A DNA stretch of 64,000 nucleotides from an uncultured Dehalococcoidales bacterium. GTDB lineage: Bacteria; Chloroflexota; Dehalococcoidia; GIF9; UBA5629. The notes beneath the pieces are model-generated. The model worked only from the letters and a program-made list of their open reading frames with translations, was not told where the DNA came from and did no database searches. The DNA lies in contig CAZSED010000002.1 in NCBI GenBank assembly GCA_964605885.1, positions 14,502 through 78,501 on the forward strand. Direction: 5' to 3'. Below are positions 28,181-36,479 of the stretch, one piece after another. Numbering within the stretch: position 1 is the stretch's first letter; each line of letters opens with the position of its first letter. Position numbers and translations under genes: made by a program.

Positions 28181-28255
28181 TGGTGGCAGCGACTGGGATT
28201 GAACCAGTGACCAAGGGCTTATGAGTCCCCTGCTCTACCGCTGAGCTACGCTGCC
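28181..28255 (-). tRNA. tRNA-Met, anticodon CAT (a lysidine Ile2-type cannot be excluded), with CCA encoded
   Basis: The reverse complement folds into a canonical cloverleaf: GGCAGCG-TA-GCTC-AGCGGTA-GAGC-A-GGGGA-CTCATAA-GCCCT-TGGTC-ACTGG-TTCAATC-CCAGT-CGCTGCC-A-CCA. Confidence 0.85.
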
Positions 28256-28308
28256 ACAACAGCCTAAAATTCTAGCCAGTCGGCCTTGCCCTGTCAATGA
28301 CAGGGAGC

Positions 28309-28515
28309 TCATTTTCCCTTGCGCCTGAGCAAAACCAAAATTATGGCAACAAGAAAAGCGATAACAAAGAGATAAACAGAGGCGGCAGAAACCTGCCCCC
28401 AGGTAATCCCAAAGGTCATGTCCGGAAAAAGATATTCAGACGGCTTATGGAGCGCACTGGCAAAAATGGTAATCCAGCTCAGTACCATCAAAATAAAGAG
28501 TATTGCAACAGCCAT
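28309..28515 (-). CDS. Small two-TM membrane protein (68 aa)
   Basis: GGGGAGG RBS 5 nt upstream of the ATG; hydrophobic with a basic C-terminus RRKGK. Confidence 0.45.
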   Translation of the reverse strand: MAVAILFILMVLSWITIFASALHKPSEYLFPDMTFGITWGQVSAASVYLFVIAFLVAIILVLLRRKGK

Positions 28516-28645
28516 TACAGCCTCCCCAATCGATGCTATAAGGGATTATAGCACTGCCACGCTACCGCCCTCACCCTGCCCTCTCCCTAAAGGGCGAGGG
28601 TATTTATTTTTATAAGAGGGGCTGGCGCCCCTCTTAAACGCCTGT

Positions 28646-28694
28646 CATTTTCCTTCGCTCTGGAGATTGCCACGCCCCGTTAAAATCGGGGCTC
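28646..28694 (-). repeat. Nested-hairpin dispersed repeat (GTCATTGCGAG-CCCCGATTTTAACGGGGC-GTGGCAATCTCC) flanked by two copies of the palindrome TAAGAGGrGCTGrCGCCCCTCTTAAAC
   Basis: Read directly from sequence. The palindromes lie at about 28606-28634 and 28716-28744. Confidence 0.7.
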
Positions 28695-28903
28695 GCAATG
28701 ACATGTAAATATAAGAGGAGCTGACGCCCCTCTTAAACACTCCCAAGCCGTTCTGATTTATCTTCTATGTCCAAATCGCACCACGCGAGAACGCCACGCT
28801 TGGATGAGGCTGCTTTGACATGCTATTATTACTGGAGTAAAATATCCGGCAGTTTAATACTTATGCTCATGTGCGCATAAGTAGATAAGGATAGGTCAAG
28901 ACC

Positions 28904-29245
28904 ATGCGTGAGCTCCTCAAAGTCTTCAAAGCCCTGGCGGACGAAACCAGGCTGCGCATTCTCCACCTGCTGCTCGAAAGGGAAGCCTGCGTGCTGGAGA
29001 TCAAGCAGGCCATGCGCATCTCTCAGACCCGCGCCTCCCGCAACCTGGGTATACTGCACGACGCCGGGCTGCTCAAGGCCCGCCGCGAAGGCCCACTGGT
29101 ATTCTATTCACTGGATATGCGCTCCATCAAAAAGAACTGCGCCGGCCTGGACGAAGTCATCAAAGAAGCATTTGCCGGCGACCAGGCTGCCCAGCTCCAC
29201 CGTGAACGCCTCAAGAGGCCGGTGGCCAGGGCCACGGATAGATAG
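28904..29245 (+). CDS. ArsR/SmtB-family metalloregulatory transcriptional repressor
   Basis: ALADETRLRILHLL...CVLEI...SQTRASRNLGILHDAGLL HTH signature. Confidence 0.8.
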   Translation: MRELLKVFKALADETRLRILHLLLEREACVLEIKQAMRISQTRASRNLGILHDAGLLKARREGPLVFYSLDMRSIKKNCAGLDEVIKEAFAGDQAAQLHRERLKRPVARATDR

Positions 29246-29270
29246 AAGCAGATATTTAACTGCGCCAATA

Positions 29271-29299
29271 TTGACATTTGGCACTTTCGGTAGTTTAAT
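29271..29299 (+). promoter_or_regulatory. Sigma70-like promoter (TTGACA, 17-nt spacer, TTTAAT) upstream of mvhD
   Basis: Hexamers read directly, about 40 nt upstream of the 29339 ATG. Confidence 0.45.
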
Positions 29300-29338
29300 T
29301 TATAAGGCCTGTCGTCGGTCAAAATCTTTAATACTGAT

Positions 29339-29764
29339 ATGACAGATTTCGAGCCAAAGATCGTCGCCTTCCTGTGCAATTGGTGTTCTTACCGAGGCGC
29401 AGATCTGGCAGGCACCTCCCGAATGAAATGCGCCGCCAACGTGCGCGCCATCCGCGTCATGTGCTCCGGCAGAGTTGAACCAGCCTTCATACTGCGCGCC
29501 TTCGAGCTGGGCGCCGACGGCGTCCTTGTCCTGGGCTGCCATCCCGGCGACTGCCACTACGCCGAGGGCAACTACAAGGCCCTGCGCCGCATGATGCTGC
29601 TCAAGAAAATGCTCCCCCAGCTCGGCATAGAAGAGGACAGGTTCCAGCTGGACTGGGTCTCCGCCTCCGAGGGCGACCGCTTCTCACATATTGTCAACGA
29701 GATGACCGAGAAGGTCAGGGCGCTCGGCCCCTTCAAGCCCAAACAGGAGGCCAAAGTTGGCTAA
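29339..29764 (+). CDS. mvhD: Methyl-viologen-reducing hydrogenase delta subunit (MvhD family Fe-S protein)
   Basis: KIVAFLCNWCSY and GCHPGDCHY motifs; 141 aa. Confidence 0.75.
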   Translation: MTDFEPKIVAFLCNWCSYRGADLAGTSRMKCAANVRAIRVMCSGRVEPAFILRAFELGADGVLVLGCHPGDCHYAEGNYKALRRMMLLKKMLPQLGIEEDRFQLDWVSASEGDRFSHIVNEMTEKVRALGPFKPKQEAKVG

Positions 29765-30719
29765 GCTCAAGGTCGCCCTTTACTGGGCCGCCTCCTGCGG
29801 CGGCTGCGAAATTGCCACTCTGCTCATAGCTGAAAAGATACTCAAGCTGGCCGAGGCCGCCGACATCGTCTTCTGGCCCGTGGCCATCGACGCCAAGTAC
29901 GCCGACGTGGAGAAGATGGACGACAAGAGCATCGACGCCTGCCTGTTCAACGGCGCCATCCGCAACTCCGAGAACGAGCACCTGGCCAAGCTGCTGCGCC
30001 AGAAATCAAAGATAATGATCGCCTACGGCTCCTGCGCCGTGGAAGGCTGCATTCCCGGCCTGGCCAATTTCTATAACCGCAAAATGGTGATGGACACCGC
30101 TTACCTGGACACCGCCTCCACCGACAACCCGGATAAAATCATCCCGCAGACCAGCATCAAGGTCCCCGAGGGCGAGCTTGAATTGCCCGAGCTGTGGGAG
30201 ACCGTCAGGACGCTGGCCCAGACCGTGGACGTGGATTACTTCGTCCCGGGCTGCCCGCCCGAGGAGCGCACCACCTGGCTGGCGCTGGAGGGCCTCATAA
30301 GCGGCAAGCTGCCGCCCAAGGGCTCCTTCCTGGTGCACCCGGCCAACGCAGTCTGCAACGATTGCCCGCGCGTCAAGCACGAGAAGAAGGTCAAGACCTT
30401 CCACAGGCCTTACGAGCTGGCGCCCGAGCCCGATAAATGCCTGCTGGAGCAGGGCTTCCTCTGCTACGGCGTGGCCACACGCGGCGGCTGCGGCGCCCCC
30501 TGCCCCCAGGCCAACATGCCCTGCACCGGATGCTACGGCCCGGTCGAGGGCGTGCGCGACCAGGGCAGCCACTTCCTCTCGGCTCTTGCTTCAATCATCG
30601 ATTCCAACGATCCCGACGAGATACAGAAGATATTGGACGGCATCCCCGACCCCGCCGGCACCTTCTACCGCTACAGCCTGGCCGATTCCATGATCAACAG
30701 GGCAAGGATCAACCCATGA
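29757..30719 (+). CDS. mvhG: [NiFe] hydrogenase small subunit, group 3c (MvhG-like)
   Basis: N-terminal CGGCE proximal-cluster motif; C-terminal GCPP and CxxC clusters; 320 aa. Confidence 0.75.
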   Translation: MAKLKVALYWAASCGGCEIATLLIAEKILKLAEAADIVFWPVAIDAKYADVEKMDDKSIDACLFNGAIRNSENEHLAKLLRQKSKIMIAYGSCAVEGCIPGLANFYNRKMVMDTAYLDTASTDNPDKIIPQTSIKVPEGELELPELWETVRTLAQTVDVDYFVPGCPPEERTTWLALEGLISGKLPPKGSFLVHPANAVCNDCPRVKHEKKVKTFHRPYELAPEPDKCLLEQGFLCYGVATRGGCGAPCPQANMPCTGCYGPVEGVRDQGSHFLSALASIIDSNDPDEIQKILDGIPDPAGTFYRYSLADSMINRARINP

Positions 30720-32176
30720 AGAAGATAGTGATTGACCCCATCACCAGGCTGGAAGGCCACGGCAAGATAACCATCTTCCTTAAGGACGACGGCAGCGTGG
30801 CCAACGTCTACCTGCAGATACCCGAGCTGCGCGGCTTCGAGCAGTTCAGCGTGGGCCGCCCGGTCGAGGACATGCCCCAGATCACGCAGCGCATCTGCGG
30901 CGTCTGCCCCGAGGCGCACCACATGGCCTCCGTCAAGGCGCTGGACGACATGTTCCACGTCGAGCCCACCAGCACAGCCAAAAAGCTGCGCGAGCTGTTC
31001 TACTCCGCATTTTACGTCACCGACCACACCACGCATTTTTATATTCTGGCTGGCCCCGATTTCGTCATGGGCCCGGACGCACCCGTGGCCGAGCGCAACA
31101 TACTGGGCGTCATCGCCAAGGTAGGCCTGGAGCTGGGCGGGCAGGTCATAAACACCCGCAAGGAGAACCACTGGGTAATACAGGCTATAGGCGGAAGGCA
31201 GATACACCCGGTCTTCGGCCTGCCGGGCGGCGTGAGCAAGCGCATCAGCGAGGATGAGCGCAAGCAGATCGAGGACATCGCCAAGAGGTCGGTGGAGTTC
31301 GGCAGGACCTCGCTCAAGGTCTTCAATGACATCGTGCTCAAAAACAAGGCCTACGTGGATTTAATTGTCAGCGACGCCTACACCCACAAGACCTACTATA
31401 TGGGCCTGGTGGACGATAAGAACAGGGTCAATTTTTACGACGGCAAGGTAAGGGTGGTGGACCCCGACGGCAAGGAGTTCGTCAAGTACGCTCCCAATGA
31501 GTATCTGGATAACGTCGGCGAGCACGTGGAGCCCTGGAGCTACACCAAGTTCACCTTCCTCAAGAAGGTCGGCTGGAAGGGCTTCACGGACGGCAAGGGC
31601 AGCGGCGTTTACCGCGCCACCCCGCTCTCCCGCCTGAACGCGGCCGAGGGCATGGCCACGCCGCTGGCGCAGGAGGAATACCAGAAGATGTACTCCACGC
31701 TGGGCGGCAAGCCTGTCCACCATACGCTGGCCACGCACTGGGCGCGCCTGATAGAGCTGCTCTATGCCGCTGAGCGGATGCTGGAGCTCAGCCAGGACAA
31801 GGAGATAACCGGCCCCAACATCAGGAACTTCCCCACGGCCAAACCGACCGAGGGCGTGGGCATCGTCGAGGCGCCGCGCGGCACGCTGACGCACCACTAC
31901 ACGGCCGACGAGAAGGGCTGCATCAAGACCTGCAACCTGATCGTGGGCACAACCAACAACCAGGCGGCGCTGTTCATGTCGGTTAAGAAGGCTGCCCAGG
32001 CGCTGATCAAGCCGGGCAAGGATATACCCGAGGCGCTGCTTAACCAGATAGAGATGGCCTGGCGGCCATACGATCCATGCATGTCCTGTTCCACGCACAC
32101 GCTGCCCGGGACGCTCCCGCTGGACGTGAGCGTCTACGACGCAGAGGGCAATTTAGTCAAGCACCTGTCCCGCTGA
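30716..32176 (+). CDS. mvhA: [NiFe] hydrogenase large subunit, group 3c (MvhA-like)
   Basis: N-terminal RICGVCP (L1) and C-terminal DPCMSCSTH (L2) Ni-binding motifs; ATGA overlap with the small subunit. Confidence 0.8.
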   Translation: MKKIVIDPITRLEGHGKITIFLKDDGSVANVYLQIPELRGFEQFSVGRPVEDMPQITQRICGVCPEAHHMASVKALDDMFHVEPTSTAKKLRELFYSAFYVTDHTTHFYILAGPDFVMGPDAPVAERNILGVIAKVGLELGGQVINTRKENHWVIQAIGGRQIHPVFGLPGGVSKRISEDERKQIEDIAKRSVEFGRTSLKVFNDIVLKNKAYVDLIVSDAYTHKTYYMGLVDDKNRVNFYDGKVRVVDPDGKEFVKYAPNEYLDNVGEHVEPWSYTKFTFLKKVGWKGFTDGKGSGVYRATPLSRLNAAEGMATPLAQEEYQKMYSTLGGKPVHHTLATHWARLIELLYAAERMLELSQDKEITGPNIRNFPTAKPTEGVGIVEAPRGTLTHHYTADEKGCIKTCNLIVGTTNNQAALFMSVKKAAQALIKPGKDIPEALLNQIEMAWRPYDPCMSCSTHTLPGTLPLDVSVYDAEGNLVKHLSR

Positions 32177-32295
32177 GTTTCTAAAGAAATTTAACTTAAT
32201 AGGTTTTTTACACATCTGACGTCTGTTTATGAACATATGTAAATATATGCTGTATATCAGCTTGTCAATACATAAAATAACTGAAGGAGTTGTGT

Positions 32296-33333
32296 ATGCA
32301 GAACCGGGTGATCTCTAAAAAGGACCTGGCGGCATTCGTCGACGCCCTGATCAAGACGAAGGATGCCGGGGAAGTGGTCGGCATCAAGGCCAAGGACGGT
32401 AAGTTCAACTTCGGCCCGCTGGCCAGCGCAGCCGAGCTGCGCCTGGACTACGACATTTCCCTGACGCCGCCCAAGAAGTACTTCTTCCCGCAGATCGAGA
32501 CGGTGCTGAAGTTCAAGCTCGGCGCGGACCCCAAGCCCGAGCCGGTGGTAGCTGAAAAAACGCTGTGCGTGGTGGGTGTGCACCCCTTCGATATCCGGGG
32601 CATAATGCTGTTCGACGCCGTTTACGGCGGCAAGGACCCCGACCCCAACTACTTCCTCAAGCGCAATAACGCCACCATCATCGGCGTGGACTGTCTGAAC
32701 CCCAACCCCAAGTCCTTCGCTGCCAGCATGGGCACCGCCACGGTCAACGAAGGCTTCGACCTGATGCTCACCGATATCGGCGATGCCTATTTCGTCACCG
32801 TGGGCACAACCAAAGGCGAGAACTTGCTCAAGAAGCACGCCAAGGCCAAGGACGCCACAGAGGCCGACGAGAAGAAGCGCGATAAGGCCCGCGCTGACGC
32901 CCTGAAGAAATACCAGGTATCGCTCAAGATGAAGGCAGAGGAGATTCCGGCCCTGCTTACCGCCAACTGGGAGAGCAAGGTGTTCGCCGATAAGGCCTCC
33001 ACCTGCTTCAGCTGCGGCTCCTGCGTGATGGTCTGCCCCACCTGCGTATGCTTCGACGTACAGGACGACCCGGCGCTCAACCTCAAGGAGGGCGAGCGCT
33101 ACCGCCGCTGGGACGCCTGCATGCTGACCGAGTTCGCCAAGGTGGCCAGCGGCGAGAACTTCCGCGAGCACAAGGAGCAGAGGTTCCGCCACCGCATGTA
33201 CCGCAAGGGCAAGTACCTGCTGGAACGGTACAAGCAGCTGGGCTGCGTGGGCTGCGGCAGATGCGGCATCGTCTGCCTGGCGCAGATCGCCCTCCCGGCT
33301 GAGACATACAACCTGCTGAAGGAGGCAAAGTAA
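32296..33333 (+). CDS. hyhB: Group 3b (sulf)hydrogenase beta subunit: 4Fe-4S dicluster protein (HydB/AsrA-like)
   Basis: CFSCGSCVMVCPTC and CVGCGRCGIVC ferredoxin motifs; GAAGGAG RBS; first gene of a beta-gamma-delta-alpha run. Confidence 0.7.
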   Translation: MQNRVISKKDLAAFVDALIKTKDAGEVVGIKAKDGKFNFGPLASAAELRLDYDISLTPPKKYFFPQIETVLKFKLGADPKPEPVVAEKTLCVVGVHPFDIRGIMLFDAVYGGKDPDPNYFLKRNNATIIGVDCLNPNPKSFAASMGTATVNEGFDLMLTDIGDAYFVTVGTTKGENLLKKHAKAKDATEADEKKRDKARADALKKYQVSLKMKAEEIPALLTANWESKVFADKASTCFSCGSCVMVCPTCVCFDVQDDPALNLKEGERYRRWDACMLTEFAKVASGENFREHKEQRFRHRMYRKGKYLLERYKQLGCVGCGRCGIVCLAQIALPAETYNLLKEAK

Positions 33334-34176
33334 ATGGTGATGCAGCTAACGGCCAAGCAATCCATTCACCTGCCGCGCACCGCCGAGCTCGTCCGCGTGG
33401 AGACGCTCAGCGCCCGCGAGAAGGTATTTGAGTTCAAGTTCGACGACGGCAAGGAGCTGGGACACAGGCCCGGCCAGTTCGTCGAGATTTCCATCTTCGG
33501 CGTGGGAGAGGCGCCCATCTCCATCACATCCTCGCCGACCCACAAGGGCTCGTTCGAGCTGGCCGTGCGCGCCACGGGCAGCCTGACCAACAAGCTTCAC
33601 ACGCTGGAGAAGGGCGCCAAAGTTGGCATCCGCGGCCCGTTCGGCAACGGCTTCCCGCTGGACACGCTCAAGGGCAAGGACATACTCTTCGTGGCCGGCG
33701 GCATCGGCCTGTTCCCGCTGCGCTCGCTGATCAATTACGTGCTGGACAACCGCAAGGACTTCGGCGAGGTCACCACGCTCTTCGGTTGCCGCTCGCCTCA
33801 GGAACGTCTGTTCCTCGGCCAGCTGGCCGATTGGAACGTCTGCAAGGACATGTGCTTTATAGAGACGGTGGACACCTGCTCGGACGATTCGTGGAAGGGC
33901 AATGTGGGCGTTATCACCACGCTCTTCCCCAAGATATCCTTCGATCCGGCTAAAACTTACGCCGTGGTGGTGGGCCCGCCCATCATGTACCGCTTCGTCA
34001 TCGCCGAGTGCGTCAAGAAGGGCCTGGCTGACGACCACATCATCATGTCTCTGGAGCGCAGGATGAAATGCGGCGTGGGCAAGTGCGGCCACTGCCAGAT
34101 AAACGGCCTCTACTGCTGCCAGGAGGGGCCCGTCTTCACCTACGCACAGGTCAAGTCACTAAAGGAGGCAGTATAA
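33334..34176 (+). CDS. hyhG: Group 3b hydrogenase gamma subunit: FAD/NAD(P)-binding with C-terminal 2Fe-2S (HydG/AsrB-like)
   Basis: RPGQFVEI FAD-binding region, GGIGLFPLRS NAD fold, C-terminal CGVGKCGHC. Confidence 0.7.
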   Translation: MVMQLTAKQSIHLPRTAELVRVETLSAREKVFEFKFDDGKELGHRPGQFVEISIFGVGEAPISITSSPTHKGSFELAVRATGSLTNKLHTLEKGAKVGIRGPFGNGFPLDTLKGKDILFVAGGIGLFPLRSLINYVLDNRKDFGEVTTLFGCRSPQERLFLGQLADWNVCKDMCFIETVDTCSDDSWKGNVGVITTLFPKISFDPAKTYAVVVGPPIMYRFVIAECVKKGLADDHIIMSLERRMKCGVGKCGHCQINGLYCCQEGPVFTYAQVKSLKEAV

Positions 34177-34914
34177 ATGAAACCCAGAGTCGCTTTCTTC
34201 GATTTTACGGGCTGCGAAGGCTGCCAGCTTGAGGTGCTCAACTTCTACATGGAAGTGGTGGACCTGATCGGCGCAGTCGATATAGTTGAGTTCCGCGAGG
34301 CCAGCTCCGACCACTCCGACGAGTATGACATCGCCTTCATCGAGGGCAGCCAGAGCACGCAAAAGGACGTGGAGAGGCTGCTGAAAATACGGGAGAGGGC
34401 CAAGATACTGGTGGCGCTGGGCGCCTGCTCCTGCACGGGCGGTGTGAACGCGCTCAAGAACCGCTTCCCCATGGAGGAGAACCTGAAGCTGGTCTACGGC
34501 GACGCCGCCAAGTATTACAACACCATACCCATCAAGCCTACCGACGCCTACGTAAAGGTGGACGCCTACATCCCCGGCTGCCCGCCCATCAGGGGCGAGG
34601 TCGTCCGCCTGGTCAAGTGCCTGCTGACCGGCAAGAAGTTCGAACCCTACAAGGACCCGGTCTGCGCGGAGTGCAAGCTCAATGAGAACATCTGCGCCTT
34701 CGAACGCGGCGAGTACTGCCTGGGCCCGGTCACACGCGGCGGCTGTAATTCAGTCTGCGTGAATGCCGGCAGGAAATGTTGGGGCTGCCGCGGGCCGGTG
34801 GACGAGCCCAACGTCAACGCCGAGAAGGAGCTGCTGGCCAGGTACGGCATGACCGTTGATGACATGCTGCTGCAGCTCAAGCTCTTCAACGGAGCACTGG
34901 AGGTTTCAAAATAA
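34177..34914 (+). CDS. hyhS: Group 3b [NiFe] hydrogenase small (delta) subunit
   Basis: FTGCEGCQ N-terminal cluster motif, GCPP, and C-terminal Cys clusters. Confidence 0.7.
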   Translation: MKPRVAFFDFTGCEGCQLEVLNFYMEVVDLIGAVDIVEFREASSDHSDEYDIAFIEGSQSTQKDVERLLKIRERAKILVALGACSCTGGVNALKNRFPMEENLKLVYGDAAKYYNTIPIKPTDAYVKVDAYIPGCPPIRGEVVRLVKCLLTGKKFEPYKDPVCAECKLNENICAFERGEYCLGPVTRGGCNSVCVNAGRKCWGCRGPVDEPNVNAEKELLARYGMTVDDMLLQLKLFNGALEVSK

Positions 34915-36221
34915 TGACGACCAAAGAAGTAAATTTCACCGTACATCACGTTGCACGCGTGGAGGGACACGGCAATATAATTGTCAACGCCAAAGACGGC
35001 AAGATCGAGGAGTGCAAGTGGGAGATACCGGAGTCTCCGCGCTTCTTCGAGTCAATGCTGCGCGGCCTGGACTACCGTGACGTGAACTTCATCGCCCCGC
35101 GCATCTGCGGCATCTGCGCAGTGGCGCACGCCACCGCATCCATCGAGGCCGCCGAGAAGGCCTTTAACGTCAAGCTCACCGAGCAGGCGCAGCTTGTGCG
35201 CCAGCTGCTGTTTGACGCCGAGACCGTCACCAGCCATGTGCTGCACACCTATTTCCTGGTGGCCCCCGATTTCTTCGGGGTAGGCAGCGTTATACCGCTG
35301 GCGGCCACACACACGGACGTGGTGCTGCGGGCGCTGCGCCTGAAAAAGGTGGCCAATGACTGGGCCGACATGCTGTGCGGCCGCAAGACGCATCCCATCT
35401 CCCAGGTGGCAGGCGGCTTCGTGAAGTGGCCGACCATCGAGCAGCTCAAGTGGCTCAAGCAGGCGCTTGAAGGGGACTACATGAAAGACCTGGAGATCAC
35501 AGTCGACCTCTTCAAGACGCTGAAGTTCCCCGATTTCGTTCGCGAGACCGAGTATATAGCCATAACCAAACCCGACGAGTATGCCTTTGTGAGCGGGTCG
35601 ACCGGTATGATCGGCTCCAGCGACGCCAAGCCGACGCCGGTAAACGATTACCTCAAGGTTACCAACGAGTTCTGCGTCCCGCAGTCGACCGCCAAGTGGA
35701 CAAAGCACCTCAGGGAGTCTTACCAGGTGGGCGCGCTGGCGCGCTTCAACGTCAACTATGACAGGCTGCATCCCAGGGCCAAGAAGGTCGCTCAGGCCCT
35801 GGGCATCAAGGCCCCCTGCTATAACCCCTTCTTCATCAGCGTGGCTCAGCTGGTTGAGATCATGCACGCCGTCGAGAACAGCATCATGATACTGGACAAG
35901 CTGCTGAGCAAGGGCATCAAGCAGGAGAAGCCCGAGGTCAAGGTCAAGGCCGGCCGGGGCGTGGGCTGCGTGGAAGCGCCGCGCGGCATCCTGTTCCACG
36001 ACTATACCTTTGACGACAACGGCAAGCTGATAGCCGCCAACATCATCATCCCCACCAACGAGAACCACAACAGCATCCAGCACGACTTCGAGAAGCTGCT
36101 GCCGGAGGTCATTGACCAGCCGCAGGACAAGATAAAGCTCACCATGGAGATGCTGGTCAGGGCCTATGACCCCTGCATCTCATGCTCCACCCACATGCTG
36201 GAAGTGAAGTTCAAGGAATAG
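34914..36221 (+). CDS. hyhL: Group 3b [NiFe] hydrogenase large (alpha) subunit
   Basis: RICGICAVAH (L1) and DPCISCSTH (L2) motifs. Confidence 0.8.
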   Translation: MTTKEVNFTVHHVARVEGHGNIIVNAKDGKIEECKWEIPESPRFFESMLRGLDYRDVNFIAPRICGICAVAHATASIEAAEKAFNVKLTEQAQLVRQLLFDAETVTSHVLHTYFLVAPDFFGVGSVIPLAATHTDVVLRALRLKKVANDWADMLCGRKTHPISQVAGGFVKWPTIEQLKWLKQALEGDYMKDLEITVDLFKTLKFPDFVRETEYIAITKPDEYAFVSGSTGMIGSSDAKPTPVNDYLKVTNEFCVPQSTAKWTKHLRESYQVGALARFNVNYDRLHPRAKKVAQALGIKAPCYNPFFISVAQLVEIMHAVENSIMILDKLLSKGIKQEKPEVKVKAGRGVGCVEAPRGILFHDYTFDDNGKLIAANIIIPTNENHNSIQHDFEKLLPEVIDQPQDKIKLTMEMLVRAYDPCISCSTHMLEVKFKE

Positions 36222-36228
36222 AATCTGT

Positions 36229-36365
36229 CATTGCGAGGCCCGATTTCATCGGGCCGTGGCAATCTCCCTGCCGCAAAACAAGAATAAAAGGGGCCGCCCG
36301 ATGGGCGGCCCTTGTTTGTTTTAAATGTCATTGCGAGCCCCCGATGCAATCGGCGCTCATCGCAT
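36229..36365 (+). repeat. Two further copies of the nested-hairpin dispersed repeat (GTCATTGCGAGG-CCCGATTTCATCGGGCC-GTGGCAATCTCC at about 36229, and a 3'-truncated copy at about 36326)
   Basis: Read directly; the cores are shared with 28646..28694 and with the 48-bp tandem unit. Confidence 0.7.
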
Positions 36366-36479
36366 TTTCCCAACTTGACCGACAGGTTCAAGCGGGTGTA
36401 CCTTCCTGGCTCTTTCTTTTTATGTCACCTTAAAGTAGAATTCAGGAAAGTTACAGCTTCATACAGGTGAATCAGCAAG

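Noticed and set aside
31361-33192. Long minus-strand ORFs (31361..32098 and 32257..33192)
   Set aside because: They are antisense to the mvhA and hydrogenase beta-subunit genes, which have clear catalytic motifs; their Arg/Ala/Gly-rich composition is typical of GC-rich antisense frames.
33346-36083. Minus-strand ORFs 33346..34092 and 35052..36083
   Set aside because: They are antisense to the gamma and large-subunit hydrogenase genes; no RBS; low-complexity translation.
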